Shown here: positions 1 through 17,670 of the stretch, piece after piece
Layout: every line of letters begins with the position of its first letter
How positions within the stretch are numbered: the stretch's first letter is position 1
Origin: Octopus sinensis
Lineage: Eukaryota
Direction of reading: 5' to 3'
Length of the DNA stretch: 64,000 nt
NCBI RefSeq assembly: GCF_006345805.1
Contig: NC_043024.1
Location: forward strand, 14,694,001 to 14,758,000
The notes under the pieces: generated by a model
The model's input: the letters and a program-made list of their open reading frames with translations, nothing else
Database searches by the model: none
What the model was told of the DNA's origin: nothing
Translations under genes and position numbers: made by a program

Positions 1-3000
1 CAACATCAATACCAACAACAACATCAATACCCACAACAACATCAATACACACAACAACATCAATACCAACAACAACATCAATACCCGTACAATCAATACC
101 CACAACATCAATACCAACAACAACATCAATACCACAACAACATCAATACCAACAACATCAATACAAACACAACAACATCAATACCACAACAACATCAATA
201 CCCACAACATCAAACCAAACAACAACATCAATACCCACATCAACATCAATACCAACAAACACACAATACCAGCATAAAACATCAATACCCACAACAACAT
301 CAATACCCACAACATCAAAACCCACAACAACATCAATACCAACAACAACATCAATACCCACAACAACATCAATACCCACAACATCAAAACCCACAACAAC
401 ATCAATACCAACAACAACATCAATACCCACAACAACATCAATACCCACAACAACATCAATACCCACAACAACATTAATACCAACAACAACATCAATACCA
501 ACTAAAACATCAATACCCCCAACAACATCAATACCAACAACAACATCAATACCCACATCAACATCAATACCAACAACAACATCAATACCAGCTAAAACAT
601 CAATACCCACAACAACATCAATACCCACAACATCAAAACACACAACAACATCAATACCAACAACAACATCAATACCCACAACAACATCAATACCCACAAC
701 AACATCAATACCCACAACAACATTAATACCAACAACAACATCAATACCAACTAAAACATCAATACCCACAACAACATCAATACCAACAACAACATCAATA
801 CCCACAACAGCATTAATACCAACAACAACATCAATACCAACTAAAACATCAATACCCCCAACAACATCAATACCAACAACAACATCAATACCCACAACAG
901 CATTAAAACCCACAACAACATCAATACCAACTAAAACATCAATACCCACAACAACATCAATACCAACAACAACGTCAATACCCACAACAACATTAATACC
1001 AACAACAACATCAATACCAACTAAAACATCAATACCCACAACAACAGCAATACCCACAACATCGAAACCCACAACATCAAAACCCACAACAACATCAATA
1101 CCCACAACAACATCAATACACGCAACAACATCAAAACCCACAACAACATCAATACCAACAACAGCATCAATACACGCAACAACATCAATACCCGCAACAA
1201 CATCAATACCCACAACAACATCAATACCAACAACAACATCAATACCAACAACAATATCAATACCCACATCAACATCAATACCAACAACAACATCAATACC
1301 CACAACAACATCAATACCCACAGAAACATCAATACCCGAAACAACATCAATACCCACAAGAACATCGATACGCACAACAACATCAATACCCGCAACAACA
1401 TCAATACCCGCAACAACATCAATACCCACAACAACATCAATACCCACAACAACATCAATACATACAACAACATCAATACCAACAACAACATCCATACCCA
1501 CAACAACATCAATACCCACAACAACATCAACGCCAACAACAACATCAACGCCCACAACAACATCAATACCCACGACGACATCAATACCAAAATCACCCTC
1601 AATACCCACAACAACATCAATACCCACCACAACATCAATACCTACAACAACATCAATACTCACAACAACATCAATACCCACAACAACATCAATACCCACA
1701 TCAATAACGACAAAGTCATCAATACCCACGACGATATCAATACCAAAAACAACATCAATACCCACAACAACATCAATAACCACAACATCAAAACCCACAA
1801 CAACATCAATACCCACAACAACATCAATACCCACAACAACATCAATACCCGCAACGACATCAATACCCGCAACAACATCAATACCCACAACAACATCGAT
1901 ACCCACAACAACATCAATACCAACAACAACATCAATACCTACATCAACATCAATACCAACAACAACATCAATACCCACAACAACCTCAATAACCACAACA
2001 ACATCAATACCCACAACAACATCAATAACCAAAACAACATCAATACCAACAACAATATCAATACCTACAACAACATCAATACCAACAACAACATCCATAC
2101 CCACAACAGCATCAATACCCACAACAACATCAATACTCACATCAACATCAATACCCACAACAACACCAACGCCCACAACAACATCAATAACCACAACGAC
2201 ATCAATACCCACGACGACATCAATACAAAAATCAACATCAATACCCACAACAACATCAATACCTACAACAACATCAGTACCCACAACAACATCAATACTC
2301 ACAAGAGCAGCAATACCCACAACAACATCAACACCCACAACAACATCGATACCCACATCAATAACCACAAAGACATCAATACCCACGACGACATCTATAC
2401 CAAAAACAACATCAATACCCACAACAACATCAATACACACAACAACATCAATACCCACAACAACATCAATACCCACAACAACATCAACACTCACAACAAC
2501 ATCAATAACCACAACAACATCAATACCCACAAAAACATCAATACTCACAACAGCATCAATACCCACAACAACATCAATACCCACCACAACATCAATACCC
2601 ACAACAACATCAATACCCACATCAATAACCACAAAGACATCAATACTCAGGAAGACATCAATACCAAAAACAACATCGATACCCACAACAACATCAATAC
2701 CCACAACAACATCAATACCCACAACAACATCAACACTCAAAACAACATCAATACCCACAACAACTTCAATACCCACAACAACATCAATACCCACAACAGC
2801 ATCAATACCCACAACAACATCAATACCCACAACGACATCAATACCCGCAACAACATCAATACCCACAACAACATCAATACCCACAACAACATCAATACCC
2901 ACAACAACATCAATACCCACAACAACATCAACACTCAAAACAACATCAATACCCACAACAACTTCAATACCCACAACAACATCAATACCCACAACAACAT

Positions 3001-6000
3001 CAATACCCACAACAACATCAATACCCACACCAACATCAACACCCACAAGAACATCAATACCAAAAACAACATCAATACCAAGTCCAAAACTGATATGCAC
3101 AACATCAATACCAACAACGACATCGATACCAACAAGGGCATCAATACCAAAACACCACTCGCTACCAACAACAAGATCAATACCCACAACAACATCAATA
3201 CCAACAACAACATCAATACTAACAACAACATCAATACCAACAACAACATCAATACACACAACAACATCAATACCCACAACAACATCAATACCAACAACTA
3301 AATCAATACCAACAACGACATCAATACCCACAACAACATCACTACCACCAACAACAATACCCAAAACAACATCAATACCCGTAACAACACCAATATGTAC
3401 AATACCAATACCAAAAACGACATCGATACCAACAACATCAATACCCACAAAAGCATCACTACCTAAAACAACCTCAATGCCCACAACAACATTAATACCA
3501 ACAAAACATCAATGCCAGCAACGACATCAATACCCACAACATCACTACCAACAACAACAGCAATGTCCACAACAACATCAATTCCCACAACAACATCAAT
3601 ACCACAACAACATTAATACCAACAACATCAATAACCATAACAACATTGATACCAACAACAACATCAATACCCACGACAACATCAATACCAACAACAACAA
3701 CATCAATACCCACAGCAACGTCAATACCAGCAGGTACATCAATACCCACAACAACATCAACACCTACAACAACATCAATAACCACAACGTCAATACCAAC
3801 GACAACATCAATACCAACAACAACACCAATACCCACAACAAATCAATACCCACAACAACATCAATACCCACAACAACATCAATACCAACAACAACATCAA
3901 TACCAACAACAACATCAATACCAACAACAACATCAATACCAACAACATCAATACTCACAACAACATCAATACCCACAACAACATCAATACCCACAACAAC
4001 ATCAATACCCACAACAACATCAATACCCACAACAACATCAATACCAACAACAACATCAATACCAACAACAACATCAATACCAACAACAACATCAATACCG
4101 ACAACATCAATACTCACAACAACATCAATACCCACAACAACATCAATACCCACGACAACATCAATACTCCCAACAACATCAATACCCACAACAACATCAA
4201 TACCCACAACATCAATACCCACAACAACATCAATACCAACAACATCATTACCCACAACAACATCAATACCCACAACAACATCAATACCAACAACAACATC
4301 AATACCAACAACAACATCAATACCAACAACAACATCAATACACACAACAACATCAATACACACAACAACATCAATACTCCCAAGAACATCAAAACCGACA
4401 ACAACTTCAATACCAACAACAACATCAATACACACAACAACATCAATGCCTACAACAACATCAATACCCACAACAACATCAATACCCACAACAACATCAA
4501 TACCAACAACATCAATTCCAACAACAACATCAATACCCACAACAACATCAATACCAACAACAACATCAATACCAACAACATCAATTCCAACAACAACATC
4601 AATACCAACAACAACGTCAATACCCACAACAACATCAATACCCACAACATCAATACCTACAACAACATCAACACCAACAACAACATCAATGCGCACAACA
4701 ACATCAATACTTACAACAACATCAAAATTGACAACAACATCAATACCCACAAGAACATCAATACCCAAAACAACGTCAAAATTGACAACAACATCAATAC
4801 CAACAAGAACATCAACACCTACAACAACATCAATACCCACAACAACATCAATACCCACAACAACATCAACACAAACAACGACATCAACACCTACAACAAC
4901 ATCAATACCAACAACGACATCAACACCTACAACAACATCAATACCCACAACAACATCAATACCCACAACAACATCAACACAAACAACATCATTACCAACA
5001 AAAACATCAATACTCACAACGAAATCAATACCCACAACAACATCAACACAAACAACAACATCAATATCCACAACGACATCAATACCCACAACAACATCAA
5101 TACCCACAACAACATCAATACCCACAACAACATCAATGCCCACAACAACATCAATACCAACAACAACATCAATACCTACAACAGCATCAATACCTACAAC
5201 AACATCAATACCAACAACAACATCAATACCAACAACAATATCAATACCCACAACAACATCAATACCAACAACAACATCAATACCCACAACAACATCAATG
5301 CCCACAACAACATCAATAACAACAACAACATCAATACCTACAACAGCATCAATACCTACAACAACATCAATACCAACAACAACATCAATACCTACAACAG
5401 CATCAATACCAACAACGGCATCAATACCAACAACAACATCAATACCGACAACAACATCAATACCCACAACAACATCAATACCCACAACAACATCAATGCC
5501 CACAACAACATCAATACCAACAACAACATCAATACCTACAACAGCATCAATACCTACAACAACATCAATACCAACAACAACATCAATACCCACAACAACA
5601 TCAATACCCACAACGACATCAATACCCACAACAACATCAATACCAACAAAAACATCAATACCAACAACGACATCAATACCAACAACAACATCAATTCCCA
5701 CAACAACATCAATACCCACAACAACATCACTACCAACAACAGCATCAATAAACACGACATCAATACCCACAACAACTTCTATAAACACAACGTCAATAAA
5801 CACGACATTAATACGAACAACGACATCAATACCAACAACAACTTCACTACCAAGAACAACATCAATACCCACAATAACATCAATACCCACAACAACATCA
5901 ATACCTACAACAACATCAATAACAACAACAACCTCAATACCGACAACAACATTAATACCAACTACAACATCAATACCAACAACAACATCAATACCAACAA

Positions 6001-9000
6001 CGACATCAATACCCACAACAACATCAATTCCCACTACAAAATCAATACACACAACAACATCAATACCAACAACAACATCAATACCCACAACAACATCAAT
6101 ACCAACAGCAATATCAATACCAACAACAACATCAATACCCACAACAACATCAATACCAACAACAACATCAATACCAACAACAACATCAATACCAACAAGA
6201 ACATCGATACCCACAACAACATCAATAACCGCAACAACAGCAATACCCACAACAACATCAATACCCACAACAAAATCAATACCAACAACAACATCAATAC
6301 CCACAACAACATCAATACCTACATCATCAATACCAACAACAACATCAATACCAACAACGAGATCAATACCAACAACATCAATACCCACAACATTAATACA
6401 CACAACGACATCAAAAACCCACAACATCAATACCTACAACAACATCAACACCAACAGCAACATCAATACCCACAACAACATCAATACCTACAACAACATC
6501 AATACCAACAACAACATCAATACCCACAACAACATCAATACCCACAACAACATCAATACCAACAACAACATCAATACCAACAACAACATCAATACCAACA
6601 ACGACATCAATTCCCACAACAACATCAATACCCACAACAACATCAATACCCACAACAACATCAACAAGAACAACATCATTACCAACAACAACATCAATAG
6701 TCACAACGACATCAATACACACAACAACATCAACACGAACAACAACATCAATATCCACAACGACATCAATACCCACAACAACATCAATACCAACAACGAC
6801 ATCAATACCAACAACAACATCAATACCAACAACAACATCAATACCCACAACAACATCAATACCCACAACAATATCAATACCCACAACAACATCAATACCA
6901 ACAACAACATCAATACCCACAACAACATCACTACCAACAATAGCATCAATAAACAGGACATCAATACCTACAACTTGTATAAACACAACGTCAATAAACA
7001 CGACATTAATACGAACAACGACATCAATGCCAACAACAACATCATTACCAAGAACAACATCAATACCCACAACAACATCAATACCTACAACAACATCAAT
7101 AACAACAACAACATCAATACCCATAACAACATTAATACCAACTACAACATCAATACCAACAACAACATCAAAACCAACAACAACATCAATACCCACAACA
7201 ACATCAATACCAACAACAACATCAATACCAACAACAACATCAATACCAACAACAACACCAATACTAACAACAACATCAATACCTACAACAACATCAATAC
7301 CAACAACAACATCAATAGCCACAAAAACATCAATACCCACAACAACATCAATAGCCACAACAACATCAATACCTACAACAAAAGCAATACCAACAACAAC
7401 ATCAATACAACAACAACATCAATAGCCCAAAAAATCAATACCACAAACAACCCATCAACATCACACCATAACCCACACAAACACAAACATCAATACCGAC
7501 AACAACATCAATACCGACAACAACGCCAATACCGACAACAACCTCAATACCCAAAAAAACATCAATACCCACAAAAACATCAATACCCACAACAACATCA
7601 ATAGCCACAACAACATCAATACACACAAAACATCAATACCCACAACAACATCAATACCAACAACAACTCAATACCGACAACAACGCCAATACCGACAACA
7701 ACTCAATACCCACAACAACATCAATACCCACACATAATAACATCAAACAAACCCACAACAACATCAATAGCCACAAACAAACATCAATACCTACAACAAC
7801 CAGCAATACCAACAACACAACATCAATACCCACAACAACATCAATACAAACACAACATCAATACCACAACAACATCAATACCCACAACAACATCAATACC
7901 TACAACAACATCAATACCCACAACAACATCAATACCAACAACAACATCAATACCCACAACAACATCAATACCCACAACAACATCAATACCCACAACAACA
8001 TCAATACCCACAACAACATCAATACCCACAACAACATCAATAGCCACAACAACACCAATACCTACAACAACAGCAATACCAACAACAACATCAATACCCA
8101 CAACAACATCAATACCCACAACGACATCAATACCAACAACAACATCAATAGCCACAACAACATCAATACCTACAACAACAGCAATACCAACAACAACATC
8201 AATACCCACAACAACATCAATACCCACAACAACATCAATACCCACAACAACATCAATACCACACACAACATCAATACCCACAACAACAACAATACCCACA
8301 ACAAAATCAATACCGACAACAACATCAATACCTACAACAACATCAAAACCCACGACAACATCAATACCCACAACAACATCAATACCGACAACTACATTAA
8401 TACCCACAACAACATCAATACCAACAACAACATCAAAACCCACAACAACATCAATACCAACGACAACATCAATACCCACAACAACATCAATACCCACAAC
8501 GTCAATACCAACAACGACATCAATACCCACAAAAACATCAATACCTACAACAACATCAATACCAACAACAACATCAATACCCACAACAACATCAACACCC
8601 ACAACAACATCAATACCAACGACAACATCAATACCCACAACAACATCAATACCCACAACATTAATACACACAACATCAATACCAACAACAACATCAATAC
8701 ACACAACAACATCAATACCAACAACAACATCAATACCGACAACAACATCAATACCAACAACAACATCAATACCCACAACAACATCAATATCCACAACAAC
8801 ATCAATACCAACAACAACATCAATACCGACAACAACATCAATACCAACAACGACATCAATACCCACAACAAAATCAATACCCACAACAACATCAATACCC
8901 ACAACAACATCATTACCAACAACAACATCAATACTCAGAACAACATCAATACCCACAACAACATCAACACGAACAACAACATCAATACCAACCACAACAT

Positions 9001-12000
9001 CAATACCCTCAACAACATCAATACCCACAAGAACATCAATACCTACATCAACATCAATACCAACAACAACATCAATACCCACAACAACATCAATGCCTAC
9101 AACAACATCATTACCAACAACAACATCAATACCCACAACAACATCAATACCCACAACAACATCAATACCAACAACAACATCAATACCCACAACAACATCA
9201 ATACCAACAACATCAATAGCAACAACATCAATACCCACAACAACATCAATACCAACAACAACAACATTACCAACAACAACATCAATACCAACAACAATAT
9301 CAATACCTACAACAACATCAATACCAACAACATCAATAGCCACAACAACAGCAATAGCCTCAACAACATCAATACCGACAACAACATCAATACCGACAAC
9401 AACGCCAATACTGACAACAACCTCAATACCCACAACAACATCAATACCCACAACAACATCAATACCCACAACAACATCAATACCAACAACAACATCAATA
9501 CCCACAATAACATCAATACCTACAACATCAATACCAAAAACAACATCAATACCAACAACAACATCAATACCCACAACAACATCAATACCTACAACAACAT
9601 CAATACCCACAACAACATCAATACCAACAACAACATCAATACCAACAACAACATCAATACCTACAACAACATCAATACCCACAACAACATCAATACCAAC
9701 AACAACATCAATACCAAAAACAACATCAATACCAACAACAACATCAATACCCACAACAACATCAATACCAACAACAACATCAATACCCACAACAACATCA
9801 ATACCAACAACAACATCAATACCAAAAACAACATCAATACCAACAACAACATCAATACCCACAACAACATCAATACCTACAACAACATCAATACCCACAA
9901 CAACATCAATACCAACAACAACATCAATACCAACAACAACGTCAACACGAACAACAACATCAATAGCCACAGCAACATCAATACCAACTACAACGTCAAT
10001 ACCTACAACAACATCAATACCCACAAGAACATCAATACCCACAACAACATCAATACAAACAACAACATCAATACCTACAACAACATCAATACCAACAACA
10101 TCAATACCCACAACAACATCAATACCAACAACATCTAAACCAACAACAACATCAATACCCACAACAACATCAATACCCACAACAACATCAATACCAACAA
10201 CAACATTAATACCCTCAACAACATCAATACCCACAAAATCAATACTTACAACAATATCAATACCAACAACAACATCAATACCCACAACAACATCAATACC
10301 GACAACAACATCAATACCCGCAACAACATCAAGACCGACAACAACATCAATACCAACAACAACATCAATACCAACAACATCAATACCTACAACAACATCA
10401 ATACCCACAACAACATCAATACCCACAACAACATCAATACCTACAACAACATCAATAGCCACAACAACATTAATACCCACGACAACATCAATACCAAAAA
10501 CAACATTAATACCAACAACAACATCAATACCAACAACAACATCAATACCCACAACAACATCAATACCAACTACAACATCAATACCTACAACAACATCAAT
10601 ACCCACAACAACATCAATACAAACGACAACATCAATACCTACAACAACATCAATACCAACAACATCAATACCCACAACAACATCAATACCTACAACATCT
10701 ATACCAACAACAATACCCACAACAACATTAATACCCACAACAACATCAATACCCACAAAATCAATACTTACAACAATATCAATACCAACAACATCAATAC
10801 CCACAACAACATCAATACCCACAACAACATCAATACCCACAACAACATCAATACCCACAACAGCATCAATACCTACAACAACATCAATACCAACAACAAC
10901 ATCAATACCCACAACAACATCAATACCCACAACAACATCAATACCCACAACAACATCAATACCCACAACAGCATCAATACCAACAACAACATCAATACCA
11001 ACAACAACATCAATACCCACAACAACATCAATACCCACAATAACATCATTACCCACAACAACATCAATACCAACATCAGCATCAATACCCACAACAACAT
11101 CAATACCCACAACAACATCAATACCCAACAACATCAATACCCACAACAACATCAATACCAACAACAACATCAATACCCACAACAACATCAATACCCACAA
11201 CAACATCAATACCAACAACAACATCAATACCCACAACAACATCAATACCCACAACAACATCAATACCAACAACAACATCAATACCCACAACAACATCAAT
11301 ACCCACAACAACATCAATACCCACAACAACATCAATACCCACAACAACATCAATACCCACAACAACATCAATACCCACAACAACATCAATACCCACAACA
11401 ACATCAATACCCACAACAGCATCAATACCAACAACAACATCAATACCAACAACAACATCAATACCAACAACAACATCAATACCAACAACAACATCAATAC
11501 CCACAACAACATCAATACCCACAACAACATCAATACCCACAACAACATCAATACCAACAACAACATCAATACCCACAACAGCATCAATACCAACAACAAC
11601 ATCAATACCAACAACAACATCAATACCCACACACAACATCAATACCCACACAACATCAATACCGACAACAACATCAATACCACAACAACATCAATACCCA
11701 CAACCACATCATACCAATACCAACACAACATCAATACCCACAACAGCATCAATACCAACAACAACATCAATACCAACAACAACATCAATACCCACAACAA
11801 CATCAATACCCACAACAACATCAATACCCACAACAACATCAATACCAACAACACATCAATACCAACCACATCAATACCCACAACAACAACATCAATACCC
11901 ACCCACAATAACCATTAACCTACCCACAACAACATCAATACCAACATCAGCATCAATACCCACAACAACATCAATACCCACAACAACATCAATACCCACA

Positions 12001-15000
12001 ACAACATCAATACCCACAACAACATCAATACCAACAACAACATCAATACCAACAACGACATCAATACCAACAACAACATCAATACCAACAACAACATTAA
12101 TGCCTACAACAACATCAATACCAACAACAACATCAATACCCACAACAACATCAATACCAACAACAACATTAATGCCTACAACAACATCAATACCAACAAC
12201 AACATCAATACCAACAACAACATCAATACCCACAACAACATTAATGCCTACAACAACATCAATACCAACAACAACATCAATACCAACAACAACATTAATG
12301 CCTACAACAACATCAATACCAACAACAACATTAATGCCTACAACAACATCAATACCAACAACAACATCAATACCAACAACAACATCAATACCAACAACAA
12401 CATTAATGCCTACAACAACATCAATACCAACAACAACATTAATGCCTACAACAACATCAATACCAACAACAACATCAATACCAACAACAACATCAATACC
12501 AACAACAACATTAATGCCTACAACAACATCAATACCAACAACAACATCAATACCCACAACAACATTAATGCCTACAACAACATCAATACCAACAACAGCA
12601 TCAATACCCACAACAACATCAAAACCTACAACAGCATCAATACCTACAACAACATCAATACCAACAACAACATCAATACCAACAACAACCTCAATACCCA
12701 CAACAACATCAATACCCACAGCAACAACAATACCCACAACAGCAACATTACCCACAACATCAATACCCACAAAATCGTCAATAACCACTACAACATCAAT
12801 ACCCACAACAACATTAATACCATCAACAACATCATTACCCACAACAACATTAATCCCAACAACAACATCAATACCAACAACAACATCAATACCCACAACA
12901 ACAAAAATACACACAACAACATCAATACTCACAACAACATCATTTCCCACAACAACATCAATACCCACAACAACAGCAATACCCACAACAACAGCAATAC
13001 CTAGAACAACATCAATACCCACAACAACAGCAATACCCACAACAACATCAATACCCACAACAACATCAATACCAACAACAACATCAAAACCAACAACAAC
13101 ATCAATACCAACAACAACATCAATAGCCACAACAAGATCAATACCCACAACAACAGCAATACACACAACAACATCAATATCCACAACAACAGCAATACCC
13201 ACAACAGCATCAATACCCACAAGAACAGCAATACCCACAACAGCATCAATACCCACAAGAACAGCAATACCCACAACATCAACAATACCCACAACATCAT
13301 CAATACCCACAACAACAGCAATACCAAGAACAACATCAATACCCACAACATCAATACCCACAACAACATCAATACCCACATCATCATCAATACCCACAAC
13401 AACAGCAATACCCACAACAACATCAATAGCCACAACAACAGCAATACCCACAACAACATCAATACCCACAACAACATCAATACCCACAACAACATCAATG
13501 CCCACAACAACAGCAATGCCCACTACAACATCAATACCCACAACAACATCAATACCCACAACAACAGCAATACCCACAACAACATCAATACCCACAACGA
13601 CATCAATACCCACAACAACATCTATACCCACAACAACATCAATACCCATAACAACATCAATACCTACAACAACATCAATACCCACAACAACATCATTACC
13701 CACAACAACATCAATACACACAACAACAGCAATACCCACAACAACATCAATACCAACAACAACATCAATACCCACAACAACATCAATACCAACAACAACA
13801 TCAATACCCGCGACAACATCAATACCCACAATAACATCATTAGTAACAACAACATCATTACCAACAACAGCATCAATACCCACAACAACATCAATACCAA
13901 CAACAACATCATTACCAACAACAACATCAATAGCCACAACAACATCAATACCCACAACTACATATATACCAACAACGACATCAATACTAACAACAACATC
14001 AATACTAACAACAACATCAATATCTACAACATCAATACCCACAACTACATCAATACCAACAACATCAATACCCACAACAACATCAATACCAACAACAACA
14101 TCAATGCAAGCATCAACATCAATACCCACAACATCAATACCAACAACAACTTCTATAAACACAACGTCAATAAACACAACATTAATACCAATAACAACAT
14201 CAATACCCACATCGACAGCAATACCCACAACAACATCAATACCAACAACTACATCAATAGCCACAACTACATCAATAGCCACAACAACATCAATACCCAC
14301 AACAACAGCAATACCCACAACAACATCAATACCCGCAACAACAGCAATGCCCACTACCACATCAACAATACCCACAATAACATCAATACCCACAACAACA
14401 TCAACACCCACAACAACAGCAATACCCACAACAACATCAATACCCACAACAACAGCAATACCCACAACAACATCAACAATACCCACAACTACATCAATTT
14501 CCACAACAACATCAATACCCACAACATCATCAATACCCACAACAACAGCAATACCCACAACAACATCAATAGCCATAACAACAGCAATATCCACAACAAC
14601 ATCAATACCCACAACAACATCAATACCCACAACAACAGCAATACCCACTACAACATCAATACCCACAACAACAGCGATGCCCACTACAACATCAATACCC
14701 ACAACAACATCAATACCCACAACAACATTACCTACAACAACATCAATACCCACAACAACATCAATACCCACATCAACATCAATACACACAACAACAGCAA
14801 TACCCACATCAACATCAATAGCCACAACAACATCAATACCCACAACAACAGCAATACCCACAACAACAGCAATACCCACAACAACAGCAATACCCACAAC
14901 AACATCAATACCCACAACAACATCAATACCCACAACAACAGCAATACCCACAACAACAGCAATACCCACAACAACATCAATACCCACAACAACATCAATA

Positions 15001-17670
15001 CCCACAACAACAGCAATGCCCACAGCAACAGCAATACCCACAACAACATCAATACCCACAACAACATCAATACCCACACCAACAGCAATACCCACAACAA
15101 CAGCAATACCCACAACTACTTCAATACCCACAACAACAGCAATACCCACAACAACAGCAATACCCACAACAACAGCAATGCCCACAACAACAGCAATACC
15201 CACAACAACATCAATACCACAACAACACCAATACCCCACAACAACATCAATACCCACAACAACAGCAATGCCCACAACAACAGCAATACCCACACAACAA
15301 CATCAATACTCACAACAACATCAATACCCACAACAACACAATACCCACAACAACTTCAATACCCACAACAACATCAATACCCACAACAACAGCAATACCC
15401 ACAACAACAGCAATGCCCACACACAACAGCAATACCCACAACAACTCAATACCCACAACAACATCAATACCCACAACAACATCAATACCCACAACAACAA
15501 CAATGCCCACAACAACAGCAATACCCACAACAACAGCAATACCCACAACAACATCAATACCCACAACAACAGCAATGCCCACAACAACATCAATAGCCAC
15601 AACTACATCAATAGCCACAACAACATCAATACCCACAACAACTGCAATACCCACAACAACATCAATACCCGCAACAACAGCAATGCCCACTACAACATCA
15701 ACAATACCCACAATAACATCAATACCCACATCAACATCAATACACACAACAACAGCAATACCCACAACAACATCAATAGCCACAACAACATCAATACCCT
15801 CAACAACATCAACAATACCCACAACAACATCAATACCCACAACAACATCAATACCCACAACATCATCAATACCCACAACAACAGCAATACCCACAACAAC
15901 ATCAATAGCCATAACAACAGCAATACCCACAACAACATCAATACCCACAACAACATCAATACCCACAACAACATCAATACCCACAACAACAGCGATGCCC
16001 ACTACAACATCAATACCCACAACAACATCAATACCCACAACAACATCATTACCCACATCAACATCAATACACACAACAACAGCAATACCCACAACAACAT
16101 CAATAGCCACAACAACATCAATACCCACAACAACAGCAATACCCACAACAACAGCAATACCCACAACAACATCAATACCCACAACAACATCAATACCCAC
16201 AACGACATCAATACCCACAACAACATCAATACCCACAACAGCAATACCCACAACAACATCAATACCCACAACAACATCAATACCCACAACAACATCAATA
16301 CCCACAACAACATCAATACCAACAACAACATCAATAGCCACAACAACAGCAATACCAACAACAACATCAATACCCACAACAACAGCAATGCCCACAACAA
16401 CAGCAATACCCACAACAACATCAATACCCACAACAACATCAATACCAACAACAACATCAATGCCCACAACAACAGCAATACCCACAACAACAGCAATACC
16501 CACAACAACATCAATACCCAGAACAACAGCAATGCCCACAACAACAGCAATACCCACAACAACAGCAATACCCACACAACATCAATACCCACAACAACAG
16601 CAATACCTACAACAACATCAATACCCACAACAACAGCAATGCCACAACAACAGCAATACCCACAACAACTTCAATACCCACAACAACATCAATACCCAGA
16701 ACAACATCAATAGCCATAACAACATCAATACCCACAACAACAGCAATACCACAACAACATCAATACCCACAACAACAGCAATGCCCACAACAACAGCAAT
16801 ACCCACAACAACTTCAATACCCACAACAACATCAATACCCACAACGACATCAATAGCCACAACAACATCAATAGCCACAACAACAGCAATACCAACAACA
16901 ACATCAATACCCACAACAACAGCAATGCCCACAACAACAGCAATACCCACAACAACATCAATACCCACAACAACATCAATACCAACAACAACATCAATGC
17001 CCACAACAACAGCAATACCCACAACAACAGCAATACCCACAACAACATCAATACCCACAACAACAGCAATACCCACAACAACAGCAATACCCACAACAAC
17101 AGCAATACCCACAACAACATCAATACCCACAACAACAGCAATACCTACAACAACATCAATACCCACAACAACAGCAATGCCCACAACAACAGCAATACCC
17201 ACAACAACTTCAATACCCACAACAACATCAATACCCAGAACAACATCAATAGCCATAACAACATCAATACCCACAACAACAGCAATACCCACAACAACAT
17301 CAATACCCACAACAACAGCAATGCCCACAACAACAGCAATACCCACAACAACTTCAATACCCACAACAACATCAATACCCACAACGACATCAATAGCCAT
17401 AACAACATCAATACCCACAACAACATCAATACCCACAACAACATCAATACCCACAACAACAGCAATGCCCACAACAACAGCAATACCCACAACAACTTCA
17501 ATACCCACAACAACATCAATACCCACAACGACATCAATACTCATAACAACATCAATACCCACAACAACAGCAATACCCACAACAACATCAATACCCACAA
17601 CAACATCAATACCCACAACAACAGCAATACCCACAACGACATCAATACCCATAACAACACCAATACCAAC
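1..17670 (+). repeat. Coding minisatellite, 18-bp unit ATACCCACAACAACATCA (15-bp variants), about 980 copies
   Basis: Directly visible; very strong A/C strand bias. Confidence 0.98.

Noticed and set aside
1-17670. CRISPR-like appearance of the regular repeat
   Set aside because: There are no unique spacers and no cas genes, and the context is eukaryotic; it is a pure tandem repeat.
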